NCBI GenBank assembly: GCA_964019335.1
Contig: OZ025711.1
Location: 186,001 to 250,000, forward strand
Reading direction: 5' to 3'
From: Diplonema japonicum
Lineage: Eukaryota; Protista; Euglenozoa: Diplonemea
Length of the DNA stretch: 64,000 bases
Shown piece by piece: positions 28,319 to 40,113 of the stretch. The stretch's first letter is position 1, and every line of letters begins with the position of its first letter. Below the pieces are notes generated by a model. It saw only the letters and a program-made list of their open reading frames with translations. It made no database searches and was not told the DNA's origin. The translations under genes and the position numbers were made by a program.

Positions 28319-30349
28319 TTACTCATTAGGAATGTGTGTAGCGCGACGCTTCACGTCAGTCGAGGCGTCGAACTTCTCGCTGGTAGCGTCGCCGTAGGGC
28401 AGATGGTCGCTGTGCACGTCGCAGGGGGCACCGTACGGCTCGTTGGGCTTTTTCTTGCGCGTTCTACGCTTGATTACAATCACCAGCAGCAAAATCAACA
28501 GCAGAAAAACGCCCCCTGCCACTGCAGCAATAATGCCTTTTGACGAGATATCATCTGCAGCTTCTGCCTCAGGTGTGCAGTTCGGCATGGCATACCCGCT
28601 AAAGCACTTCCTGATCACACATTTGCCCTCGATCAGCAACAGCTCTTGCACACCATCTGCCATGTGATTGCATTCCCACGCTATCAACCTTATAATCACA
28701 GTGTCCCCCAAAACCTTAGCTAGCTGGGGCTCTCTCTCGCTATAGAGCTTCGGCAGCCGGACGTCCAGCTCCCCCAGAACGAACAACGCCTGTGACACAG
28801 TGTACGAGGCGTTGGACACATGTATGACGGAGCCCTGCCTCAAAACGCTGTCGCCAAGGATGGGGGGCGCGTACCGTGTAGTCATCAGGTCCATGACATT
28901 GTGGTCAGATCTTTTGATAGCTGACCAGTTCCCCTTTGTCCATGTCTGCGAGAGACGTGCGAAAAAACCCGACGAGGGGGACATCGTTGGTGCACCTGTG
29001 TCACGTCGCGTCGGGGACACTGAAGGGGTTCGGGTTGCTGTGGTTGGTGCACTTGTTGACGGGTCCTTGGGGGACGGTGTGTGCTTTGGAGCTGTAGTCA
29101 AGTGTGGTGGAGACGGATTCGTAGAGTCCGGGGAAGGTGTTGCACCTGCGTGCTGCGGTGTCCGGGTATCGGTATCTGGAGCCTCTGTTGTGGGTACAGG
29201 TGGGGGCACTGGAGCCTCTGTTGTGGGTACAGGTGTGTGCGCAGAAGCGGGTGCGAGCGTCCGGTACACTGGAGCCTCTGTTGTAGGTACAGGTGTCTGG
29301 GTTGGAACTGGTGAGGGCGTTCGGGGCACTGGAGCCTGTATAGGCACAGGTGTCAGCGCCGGAACCGGTGCAGGCACCCGTGACAGTGGAACCTCTGTTG
29401 TAAATACAGGTGTCTGGGTAGAAACCGGTACGGGCGTCCGGGGCAGTGATGAAGGAGAAGGGGTCACAGGTGCCACAGTATTATCTGGTTCGGGTGTGGG
29501 CACTGCAGTGGGCAAAGGTGGAACCTCTGTTGTAAATACAGGTGCCTGGGTACTAGAAACAGGAGCCGGTGCAGTGGAAGGAAAAGTCTTGTCAACAAGC
29601 TCTTTGCAAGTACAGTACTGATGCGCTGCAATCCAGTGGCAAGAAAAGTTAGGATTGTCGCTGCAAGCAACTGCCTGGCACGTGGCAGCCGTTTTGTACT
29701 TGTCGCAGGGCGAGGTGTAGCACGTGCATTCAGAACGTGCAGCATCCCAGTAGCACGTGTTGTCCGGCGCCTCCGGACAGAAACCGTTACAAAGTGCCGG
29801 GCTTCTGATCTCACTGCACGAAGAAGGATTCTTCACAAAACAGTCGCACTGGTTACGCGATGTGTCCCAGTAACACTGAGTGGTGGGGTCCTCGGGGCAA
29901 ACCCCTACACAGCTTGTAGGCGAGCGGTTGTCTTTGCACTTTCCCCTGCTGCCAAGGCATATGCATGTGGCGTAAGTAGCATCCCACTTGCATTTACTGT
30001 AGCGATCCTCAGGGCACACCCCGCCACAAGCCTCTTCGCCTAGCTCTTCACACTTTAGAGGAGCATCAGCATAGCACTCGCAAAGCTTCCTGCTCTTGTC
30101 CCAAAGACAGATCCCATCACTAGTGGCAGTGCATGCTCCGTTGCACAACTTCATGTCGAGTCCCCTACATTTGTCCACGACACACACGCACTCCCCTTTG
30201 TTCCATGTACAGCTCCCTCCCTGCGAGCAGTCACCATAGCAGGCCTGTTGACTTTTTATCTGGTTGCATTTAAAAGACACAGTATCAGCACCAACAGCCA
30301 GCAGCAGCAGAGCGACAATGACGCTCATGTAAACCACCTGTAATAACAT
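28319..30349 (-). CDS. Type I membrane protein: signal peptide, ~6 Cys-rich repeats, Pro/Thr mucin-like stalk, TM helix, short cytoplasmic tail
   Basis: Likely start MLLQVVYMSVIVALLLLAVGA at 30349. G.CPE....C.WD....C.C repeats; PVPTTEAP/PVFTTEVP repeats; TM GIIAAVAGGVFLLLILLLVIVI followed by KRRTRKKK. Confidence 0.85.
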   Translation of the reverse strand: MLLQVVYMSVIVALLLLAVGADTVSFKCNQIKSQQACYGDCSQGGSCTWNKGECVCVVDKCRGLDMKLCNGACTATSDGICLWDKSRKLCECYADAPLKCEELGEEACGGVCPEDRYSKCKWDATYATCICLGSRGKCKDNRSPTSCVGVCPEDPTTQCYWDTSRNQCDCFVKNPSSCSEIRSPALCNGFCPEAPDNTCYWDAARSECTCYTSPCDKYKTAATCQAVACSDNPNFSCHWIAAHQYCTCKELVDKTFPSTAPAPVSSTQAPVFTTEVPPLPTAVPTPEPDNTVAPVTPSPSSLPRTPVPVSTQTPVFTTEVPLSRVPAPVPALTPVPIQAPVPRTPSPVPTQTPVPTTEAPVYRTLAPASAHTPVPTTEAPVPPPVPTTEAPDTDTRTPQHAGATPSPDSTNPSPPHLTTAPKHTPSPKDPSTSAPTTATRTPSVSPTRRDTGAPTMSPSSGFFARLSQTWTKGNWSAIKRSDHNVMDLMTTRYAPPILGDSVLRQGSVIHVSNASYTVSQALFVLGELDVRLPKLYSEREPQLAKVLGDTVIIRLIAWECNHMADGVQELLLIEGKCVIRKCFSGYAMPNCTPEAEAADDISSKGIIAAVAGGVFLLLILLLVIVIKRRTRKKKPNEPYGAPCDVHSDHLPYGDATSEKFDASTDVKRRATHIPNE

Positions 30350-30384
30350 TGTAGTGACGACACAGGGAATAAAAGAATCATAAT

Positions 30385-33229
30385 CTATAAGCCTTCTACA
30401 TAAACAGGCAACGCATTCATTTGTTTCACCCAACGGAGCTCTACTACAATTGTGCCTGCGACACCAGCGCTGTTATTAAGCTCCAGCACAGCGTTGATGG
30501 TGGAGGCGGTGGACTCAAGAAGGGGCGACAGTGCCACAGATGCTTTTCCAATCATGGAGGCTTGGGGGTCAAGAGCCCCATCATCGAGAACTATGAAGCT
30601 CAAAAAAGCACCTTTCAAGTACTGCATATTGCTTGAATCCATGCTGTGTTGGGTGTGATAATACGTGTGCGTTCATACCTAATAGGGTATTCGTGTGTGA
30701 AGTGGAAGATGGGATCCCTTGTGTGCTGCGGCTGTGACATGTCCACAGTCAGGTCTTGCAGGTACACCTTGTCAGTGACAACAGAGGAAACGGGTGTGAC
30801 TAAGACATAAGGTACAGGGTTTGTTGAGCAAACGAGGCCTCTGCATTCATGCACCACCACTTTCAAGGATTTGATGTGACGGAAGTTGTACAGCATTGTC
30901 GTATTCACGCTGCCTGCTGCCGGAAGTGTGGGGTGGCTCCCCCAGTCCAGGGGTAGTGCGTGCTGAAGCCTCAACGTGTACTCGAGGGATGCAACACGTG
31001 TTTCACTGTCCAGCAGTCCGATGTGGCCTTGCGACAAGCAGCTCGCAGGTGCCAACAGGCCTTTCAGGGACAGCTTGCCTTTAGCAATAGATTCAAACTT
31101 TACACCGTCCACATAGTGCAGCTCAACATCGACTTCTTTGTGCTGTATGTAGTGCCGAAGTGCGTTGCTGACCTCAATCGTGAAGCAGAAAGTCTTGCTA
31201 AAGGTGAGGGACCTGCCTGTCAGGGTCTCCGTGATGCATGTCTCGAAGTCAAGGAAGTCGAACGACAAGCAAAATGTGGCTATCGAAGTGTCTCCATCAA
31301 ACATATCAACCGTCAAGTGCGACAAGGACACCTCGAGCACTGTCTCGTTGTCACCAGCCAATACTGACGATACATCGCTGTCTGTGGAGCATTTCTTCCC
31401 AATACCCCTGTACTCCGCCAGCTCATTTGTGAGCCTTCTCACCTTGTCGCCCATGTTATCTAGAAGAGCGTTCTTGTCCTCAGCTGTGTTTCGCAGGCCT
31501 ATGATCTTCTCTGCCTCCATCTCGATGCGCATTTCACGTGTCTGCAGTGCCTTCTTTGCCACCTCGAGTTCGCGCAGCAGAGCAGCATTTTCAGCCCGTA
31601 AATCGCCGAGCTCTGAATCGGGCACGTCCCATGCCTTTATTAAGAACTCTAAATCAGTTGGATCCCCTTTTCTCTTGTGGTGTTGGATCAATGCTAGCGC
31701 CTTGTGGACGTCCTCCTCCTGGTCCACTTGTGCACCTGGCCCGAAGAGCCTCACTCTTTCGGTCAGTGCCTCGACTTTACCTCGCAACGTTATGGCTTCG
31801 GTGTCAAGTGCGTCGCGTTCCTTCTGCACCTTCACCCAGTTGCCGTGCATCTCGTCACGTTGCTCTGTTGCGAACTGCACGTCTCGGAAGAGCTGCTTAT
31901 TATTTCTTTCGGAGTCCTCTAGCTGCTTCTGTCTCTCTTCCAGCAGCCTCTCATAGTCATCCCGCAGCTCTCGGGTCACCTCGTCACGTATCGTGTGGCA
32001 CTTCTGCATCAGGCGGTTTACTTCCTCGTTCAGAAGCCTCACTTCCTCATCCCGTGCCTTCATCCTTTCGTCAAGACCTTCGATCCTCCCCATACCCACT
32101 TTTGCCACCTGCAGCGCGTTCTCTGCCTCCAACGCACGCTCATTAGCAGTTACAACGTTGTCGTTGAGCCTCTCAAGCTCCTGAATGAGCTCTACCTGAG
32201 ACGACTTCATGCTTTCTGCGGCCTGCTGAGCTTGCTTCACACGCGAATCAAGCAGCACAAGCTTAGCATTTTTCTCTACGACCTCCCTCTGCAGATCTAC
32301 CACGTCACTCTTCATGTATGCAGCTTCCGCACCTCTAGAGGCCAGGATATCTCGCTCGTGCGCCATCAGAGTGAGCTCTTTCTCAAGATTATTCTTCTCT
32401 TCGAAGACTTCTTCGACGCGGAACTGTAACGACAGGTTCTCCTTGCGGAGCGTTGTGATGAGCGCCTGCGGTGGTGAAACACAATGGAGTGGGGTCATAC
32501 CGTGGTTGTACCGTCGATGCCAATGGGCATAATCTGTTCTTGGAGATGAAGAGCCTGTTGCTGAGAAGGTGTTGGCAAGGGCTTCTCCCTGATGCTGTGT
32601 ATATGTTGTTGTGGCTGTTGTTCTATTGACGAAGGCCCATGTGTAACTGTCTGCACCCATGCATTCATGAGCCTAGGCCTTGTGATGGAGGGAGCAGGTG
32701 GTGATAACGGCCAAGCAATAGGCGACGTTGCCCTGCCGCTGACGGAGGCCGTTTCCTCGAATGCTCTGCGGGGCCGCAGCGCCCGTACTGCTTGCACAGA
32801 GTTACTAGGCTGCTGCTTCTGTGTGGAATCTGTCTTTGCTTTCAGAGCCTCGTACTTCCTCTTCCATTCATCCACACTAGGATCTCTGCTCCTTGCTCGT
32901 GACTGCTTCAGTTGCTTGTATCTCTGTTCCCACTTTTCTGACATCTTTTGCGCAGTGCTGCACGACTTCTGTGCAGTCGCAAACTTCACAGAAACCTCTT
33001 TCAACCGCGCCTCTTGTATTTTTATGAATTCATCTGTGTCTTTGCACTTCCCCCTTGCATTCCCTCCAGCTCCGTCAGGGAGCTCCCTCTTCTGCAGTTC
33101 TTCCACAATCGATTTAAATTGTCGCTTGATCTCTTTCAGCTGCTCTTCCCTCTTGGTAGCTTCTTGCTTCAATCTTGTGTTTGCTGTTTGGAGGACATCC
33201 GCCTTTGCCTTCCAACTGACACCAGACAT
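30385..33229 (-). CDS. RPGRIP1L: RPGRIP1L/MKS5 (fantom)-like ciliary transition-zone protein; 3 exons (33229-32501, 32465-30679, 30643-30385), ~924 aa
   Basis: Long coiled coil followed by a C2-C2_1-like segment (FCLSFDFLDFETCITETLTG...LRHYIQHKEVDVELH...IAKGKLSL) and a second C2 domain. Two 35-nt GTATGA..CAG introns join three track ORFs in frame. Confidence 0.72.
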
Positions 33230-33358
33230 GTCCTGATGGTGAGTATAATCGTGCAAAGGGCTAAAGAAAGAAAAACAACAACAACGCAAGTACAGAAAAT
33301 ACAAAACAGTACAATTGTCCTAAACATTTCCAAACGTTACCGTAACCTTACAATCAAC

Positions 33359-35105
33359 CTACTGCCTTGGCTCTGTCGACCTGCCGTAGGAAATCTCAGA
33401 GGGTGTGTAGGAGCGGGACCTGGACGCTGCCGAGTACCTTCCCTGGGACATTCTGTCCATGGAGGCTCGGGAAGGTGTTCTCACCGAGCCGCCTTGTTGG
33501 GAGTGCCTCTCGAGCGAGGCCCTGTCGAGCGAAGGTGGGGTGAGGGGGACGTCGGGCAGCTGCCTCTGCGGGGAGTCCATGATCATACTGTGCTTTGCCT
33601 TTTCAGACCTAAGCAGAGCGTGCGATACAAGACGCTGCGGGGATGGGCTGGGCATCCCCGGCGAAGCTGACTTACGGCTGAACGTGTTAACCTCAGCCCT
33701 GTGGGTTTTTTTTGATTCTGCGAACCGCGCCTGCGATCTGAAAGAACTGTTAGGAGGTGTGGCGGGCGGTGGCGAAACTGGGTTCACATTTCCGATGTCT
33801 GCCCTGTGACGGCGCTTTTCCGACGTGAAACATTCGTTCGATTGGTACACAGGCTGTGGGCGGTACAGTGATCCATTGTAAACATACCTGCTTGCCTTGC
33901 AAGACACCAGGACTGCCCCCGCCAACACTGATGTGGTGACCCCGCTTGGCCCTTGCAAGTTCCTGCCTACTCGTATAGTTTGCAGAATGGCTTCGTTGCT
34001 GACTGACAGCAGGCTCAGTGCGCCTTGGCGAGTTATGCATGTCTGTCACGTGCTTGCGCTTTTCTGCAGAAAAAGTACAGTTGCTGACATGGCCACAATG
34101 CTCATCATGCAGTTTAACACTTGCCAGCTGCTTGCCTGTGTCATTGTTTATGGTGCTACATTACATACGAGAATGCTGTGGGGATACCGACACAGCATGA
34201 CGCCTCTTCTCGTCGCTATAGGCGAAGTGAGAGTTGTACCCAGTTGAAGGCAGCTGCTTGCGAGCAGGCGACCCGCTCATATCAGCACGGTGGCGAGTGA
34301 TGTCGTGCTTAAGCCTGGCCACGGATTCATACAGCGGGCTCATGTCACGCACGTGGTCCGATGACTTGGAACGGCGGTTCGAAGAGTGCATGCCTGTGGA
34401 ATGCCGGTGCTTCATGCGGTTCAGTGTCTGGTTAGACGTCTGCAGGCCGCAGTCGGCAGGGGAAGCAGACCTCTTCGTTGCTCCTGTCCTTGCAGGCACG
34501 TGGTTGTGAATGCCTGTGAGATGCCCTTTCTTCTCCTTGTTCATGTCCTTGTAGGAAGTGTGCTTGTAGTCATCGGGATGCGGGGTGTAGTTTAGGTAGT
34601 TGTCGACGACACCCTTCCTGCTCTCCTGCTGCGTCACGGGGTAAATGGGCGTCTTACACAGCCCTATCTCATTCGCAAGCTGATTGTAAGATTTGTGTCG
34701 GAAATGCTCGGGAGATCGGGGCTCGGGCCTTGATGCCGCCTTCTCTGGGAGAATGGGCGTCATGTGCTCGACTTTTTCGATAGCCAGCTCGCGCTGGGAT
34801 TTATGGTAAGGTGGCCCTGGCATGCCCACGTGCTCGCACTGCCACTTAGCCGGCGATAGTGAGCGAGTGCTCCTTTGGGGTGATGCCCTGATTTCAGTCC
34901 TGTGTACTCTCTTCTCCGATTCGAACATCTCCTGCGAGTAGTGTGGAGCCTGCGGCTGGTTCTCCTCGTAAGGATGGCTGAGTCTTGTTGAATGTCTCGC
35001 TGGTGAGTTGCATATTGTGGCTAGGTGCTTCCTCTTTTCGTCACAAAACGCATTAGCGCTGTAGTGCGGCAGCACTCTTTGCGGGGAGCGGGAAGTGCGT
35101 GACAT
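33359..35105 (-). CDS. Basic Ser/Pro/His-rich repeat protein (EKRRH-type repeats); 3 exons (35105-34169, 34135-33888, 33853-33359), ~559 aa
   Basis: ATG at 35105 just after CAG. Introns 34136-34168 (33 nt) and 33854-33887 (34 nt), both GTATG..CAG, restore one frame. Repeated motif such as FCDEKRKHLATI, FESEKRVHRTEI, FSAEKRKHVTDM, FTSEKRRHRADI. Confidence 0.8.
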
Positions 35106-35507
35106 GTTACTGTAGTTGATATAACAATGCTGAACGCCAAACCATGTTATAAGAATAAAACACTGGGAAAAGAACAGAGAACCAAAAAAGAGCGGTGTCG
35201 GGGGTGTTGGGAAAGGGCCATGGCCACTGTCTGCGTAGCACAGGCGTCCATTCGATACAAGACAAAAGGAAGGAGTGATGGCTACCGGCAGGCGACGCTT
35301 CATGCTTGCCCAAACATGTTTGCACTGTTGAAATGCAGACTATTTAATGAGAGGGAAAAGGGGCGACTTGATCCATTGCACTACGGGAGTGCATGGTGCA
35401 GTCTTCGCACAAGGTGGAAACAGGGGATACGGGGAAATAACACTGGCGGCCTTCAGTTAAGGGGAAAGTCGCATTCTGTATTGTTCGTTAGAGCGGCTGC
35501 TCAGCAA

Positions 35508-38329
35508 CTAACGTGTCTTGCCGGTGTAACGCGGTGGTGGAAAGAGGGAACTACTGTTGTGGCGGCTCTCGCCTGGAGAAGTGCTCCTTCCTTTTGGCGG
35601 GGTACGCCTTCCTGACGGGATGCCCATCCCCGGAGAGGGCGAACGACAAGGTTTTCTGGGTGGAGACTGCGTTCGAGAGCTTGTGTAGTGCAGCGTGTCG
35701 CCGATCCACTCCCTCTCCCTAGGTGGCGAGGATGTCCTCACGGGCGACGTGGAGCGTACGTTTGTGGCACCCACTGGGCTTGCGGAGGACGACGGGAAGA
35801 ACCTGTGCGACACGATCTCTTTGAGATCCCTGTGCTTCTCGTTGAGCCCTTTCACCGTCGTTGTCCTAATCAGCAGCTCGTTCCTCAGCGACGAAAGTAT
35901 CTCACGTTCGATCGTGAGGTTCTCGGTGACCTCGGAGTGCGTCAGCTGCTGCTTGTCGTATTCAGCAGACAGCTCGCTGGTCTCCTGCCTCTTCTCCGCA
36001 ATGTTGCCGTTCATGATCTGCCCTGCAGACCTCATTTGCTGAGTCTCTGTCTGCAGCGCCACCACTTCCTTCTCAACAAGCTGCCGCTGCCTTCTCAGCT
36101 CTTCAAGAAGCTCGCCCTTTACCTCACGCTCCCTCCTGGCGGTCTCAACCTTGCCCTGCAGTACTATATCGTTGTTCTTGTGCACTCTCTGCTCCCTAGC
36201 TATCTGGTCCTTCATGCTAGTGAGTTCCGACCTCTTCCTGTCATACATGCGCACGTAAGACATCTTGTCGTCCTCGAGGCTCTTCTTCTCTATCTGCAGC
36301 TGCTTGACCCTTTCCTCTGCGAGCCTTTCTTCTGCCTTGTTCCTGATGTCTGTCGACGCATGGATGCTCTCGACAGCACGAGTCCTCTCGCGCAGGCTGC
36401 TATTGTCCCTCAAAATCTCTGTCCTCATCTTGCTAAACTTCTCGATCTCGAGGTATGAGGTGGTTGTTGCATCGTTCAAAGAGTTCAACTCGCTGTGGAT
36501 CTCGTCGAGCCTCACACTTGCTTTTGTCTTAATGAAGGCGAACTGGAATGCCTTGGAGAACTCCTTCCTCCTAGTGTGTGTCACCTCACTGAAGGCTAGC
36601 TTTGTCCTCGTGTCGACATCGAGGACAGTCTGCAGAATCTCCTCCCTCTGCGCAACTTCGGCAGTCTTGAGGACTTCGTTGGTCTCAAGCTCCTCGTTGA
36701 TGACGTCTGCCTCCTCTTTCTTCGACCTGAGCACGTCGTCAGCGTTCTCGTACATCGACCTCTCGTGCTCATGCTTGACGTCTAGGTTCTCTGACTTAAG
36801 TTGAGACACCTCCCGCTCCTTGATCTCAACCTCGACTTGCTTCTTCTCAATCTCCTGCTTGTGCTCGACGATCTGTTTGGCAGCCTCGATGGCCATCTCG
36901 CCCATCTCAGTCATTTCGGTTTCTCTGCTCTCGAGCTCGTACTTCAATGTCTCAAAAGAGTTCTCGTCAACATCGCCTGCCGCAATGCGCTCGCGCAGCG
37001 CCTCAATTTCAGATTGCATTGCCGACACAAGTACTGACGCCTTCTCCTCGTTCACCTTCACGGTGTTCACAATGGCCTTGGCCTTGAGAGCGTACCTTGG
37101 ATGAAGTGGTTTTGAGATCAAAGAACATACCTCAGCGTGTTGGTGGTGTCCTCTACGTTGCTGACGTGCGGCGACACGGTGGCGAGCATCATCGTCTTGC
37201 TGTTCCCACCAAGGGACTCGGACAGCACCCAGGTGAGCATTGCATCACGGTAAGGAGGGACGGCCTTGGGATCTTTCTTCTTCTTCATTGAGTTCTCGAT
37301 GAGGACGTCGATGACCCTCCTCAAAGTGGACAGCGACAGGTTGATACGTGTGGCCTCGATGAGACGGTCGCCCTCGACACCGGACATCTTGATTCTCTCA
37401 CTGCCTGCCAAGTCCACCAAGTTGATGTGTGCGTACCTGTGGACACCTTTCACTTTGTTCTTGGCGACAACGTTTAGCTGGAACACAGCGTGACTCCTAC
37501 TGGAAGTAGCGTTCATTTTTGTCTCTGCAGTGGCACGGTGCACCATGCCTGCCTCGATCACACGCTTCACGTCTTCTGCGGTCGAAATGCCCTGCTTGCT
37601 GTCCAGCCTCGTCAGGCCCTCCACGAACACACCGTGGGCAGGTGAGTTCCTCACACGCAGGTCTTGGTACTCCTCTTCATCATCGTCGTTGGCATTCGTC
37701 CCCCTGCGTTTTGCCCCGCCCTTGGGGCTTGTGTCGGACTTCCTCTTTTCGGAGCCGACAGTTGACTGTCTCTTGGGAACGATGGACTTCCTCTTCCCGG
37801 TCTTCTTCTTCCATGTGTCCTCGGCTAGAAGATCCTTGCATTTCTCGTTGTAGATTTCCATGAAGGAAATTGAAATGCTGTATTGGTAGCCTCCTTTGTT
37901 CTGCACGCGCTGTGTCTGTTCGAACAGCAGGTCTACAAGGCGGGGAGCGATACCGGGGTTGGAAGGGGCTCCGAGCATGGTGTATGTCTTTCCAGAGCCT
38001 GTCTGCCCGTAGGCGAAGATACAGCAGTGGTAGCCCTTCAGGGCTGCCTCGACGGCAACGACACCTGTCTTTTCGAAGACGTCTACCTGGTCGGCAAAAG
38101 TCTTGTTGCTGTACTGGTTCTGGGACTCGGGGATCGACCAGAAGGTTTCGTGGAACTCAAAACTGTCCTTCACAGTGCCATCTTCGTTAATAATGTGCAC
38201 AGTGTTCTTGTCCATCATTACCACGCTGTTGGGGTATGTCTCTGGGTGGTCCCCCAACTCCCTGTTGTTGAAGGGTCGTACCCTCGTCATCACCTGCACC
38301 GCCGATTTCTCAGGTCCTTTCTTAGACAT
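35508..38329 (-). CDS. N-terminal kinesin motor (kinesin-3/Unc104-like) with coiled-coil tail; 2 exons (38329-37131, 37095-35508), ~928 aa
   Basis: RVRP, GQTGSGKT, NATSSRSH, LVDLAGSE, PYRD and LGGNSKT motifs. A 35-nt intron at 37096-37130 restores the canonical TLRYA. Confidence 0.92.
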
Positions 38330-38864
38330 CTTACTTAATTGTCCCTTTTACACTGCTTTGCTTTTTTTGGGGGGGAGGGTTTTTTTCTTTCGGCACCTCA
38401 TAAGGTATACAAAAAAAAAAAAGAAAATACCTTTTTTTTTTTTAGAAAAGTCTAGTCCACTAATTTTGAGAAAAAAAAAAGAAAATTTAAAAAAAAAAAA
38501 AAAACCCACCACCACCAAATTCCCTCCCACTCACGTTGCTTTAAAACATTTAAAAGAAAATCCTTTCTCATTTTTTTTATTTTTTTTTTCTTCTTTTGTT
38601 CTTTTTTTTTTATTTTTTTTATAAAAAACACACTTTTTCATTTTTTAATTTAAAAACTGTAGGTTAAGAAAAAAAGGCCAGAGGGAAGAAGGGGGAAGCC
38701 AAAAAAAAAAAAAAAAAAAAAGAAAGCCACCAAACACCAACACCCCGACACCCCACTGTAACTGTTGATGGCATCTAAGAGGTAGGCTAGCAGGTCTCTA
38801 GTACTGGGTAGGTTGCAACGTCCTTCAAACCCCCTTTAATGCAACACTAAAAAGTATCGACGGT

Positions 38865-39732
38865 CTATTCAACATTCTTGATGATCTCATCGAGGCGTGC
38901 AGGGCCGTAGATCTCCAGCTTCCTGGTTGAGGTCCTGATGCAGGCAACCTCCACGTTGTCGTTCCTGACCTCTTCTTCCATGACTTGTTTCAGGATGGAC
39001 ACTGCAAGGACTTCGGCCTCAGCGAGCGTCAGGGATTTATGGTATTTTTCCTGCAGAGTAGCCTGTGCCTCCATCCCCCTGCCAATCGCCTTCGCCTCGT
39101 ACCTTACGTAAGTCCCTGAAGGGTCCGTCAGCCACAGCTGTGGGCCAAGGTCATCCACACCCGCAATGAGCAGGGAAACACCGAAAGGACGCGAGATGGT
39201 AGCGCCTTTCCTCTCACCGAACCTCAGGCAACTGTCTGACACTGCCAGCGTGCATGCCTCGATACGCATTGGTTCCCCGTACGTGAACTGATGGTTCTGC
39301 GGTGGGGGGGGGGGTTTTTTTTTCTTTTTGGTTTTTCCACACCGTGGCCTCCACCCTCGCAGTTTCTACTAGTATTCTTGCATCGGTTGTCAGCCCGCTC
39401 ATCACGGTGCCGATGTGGGTGTCGATTTCGCTGATCTTGTTCAAGCTGCTCGCCTGTTTTTTTTTTTTTTTTTTTTTTTTTGTTTGTGTTCCTTTTTAAC
39501 ATACATCCACCAGCTTCGAGGGCACCTTCTTCTCCGCAGCGATCAACACGCCATCAGCCGTCTGGATACCGACAGACGTGCTCCCCAGCTGTGCTGCGTT
39601 CATGGCGTACTCGATCTGTGGTGTGTTGGCAATATTTCTTCTAGCACGTTTCCTTTACGTGGATACCTGGAAAATTCTCCCCTCGGGACTGAAGGTGTTC
39701 ACACCACGGTCATACTCGCTCTTGCTGCCCAT
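38865..39732 (-). CDS. PSMA5: 20S proteasome subunit alpha type-5; 4 exons (39732-39667, 39615-39505, 39453-39343, 39296-38865), 239 aa
   Basis: SEYDRGVNTFSPEGRIFQ|IEYA signature, plus DARILVETARVE, NHQFTYGEPM and SRPFGVSLLIAGVD. Three introns of 51, 51 and 46 nt. Confidence 0.93.
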
Positions 39733-40113
39733 TGTCTGTGTAGTCCTTGAGTGACAGGCGTGGGAAGGGTATGTTGTTAGCTCACAAAATAAATTAAAAA
39801 AAAAAAAAAAAAAAAAGGTGTCTTTAAAAAAAAAACGAAGACTGAACTAATTTTTTTTTTCTTTTTTCGCGAACACATACTCACGAAGACTGGGTGGGAT
39901 AGACTAATAAAGCTAACGTTTCGATCACTATGCCTTGAGACGTAACAGGCAAGTAAAAAAAAAAAAGAAACGTTGAAAAAAAAAGTTAGTAAAGGTATAA
40001 GGGAGAAAGGTGTTCACCCGAGAAGAAAAGGTAACGAGCATATTATACAAAAGGCCCTTCACGACCATTGGGTTGATTGTCAGCCTTCCGTGAACAGAGG
40101 CGAGCAATGCACG

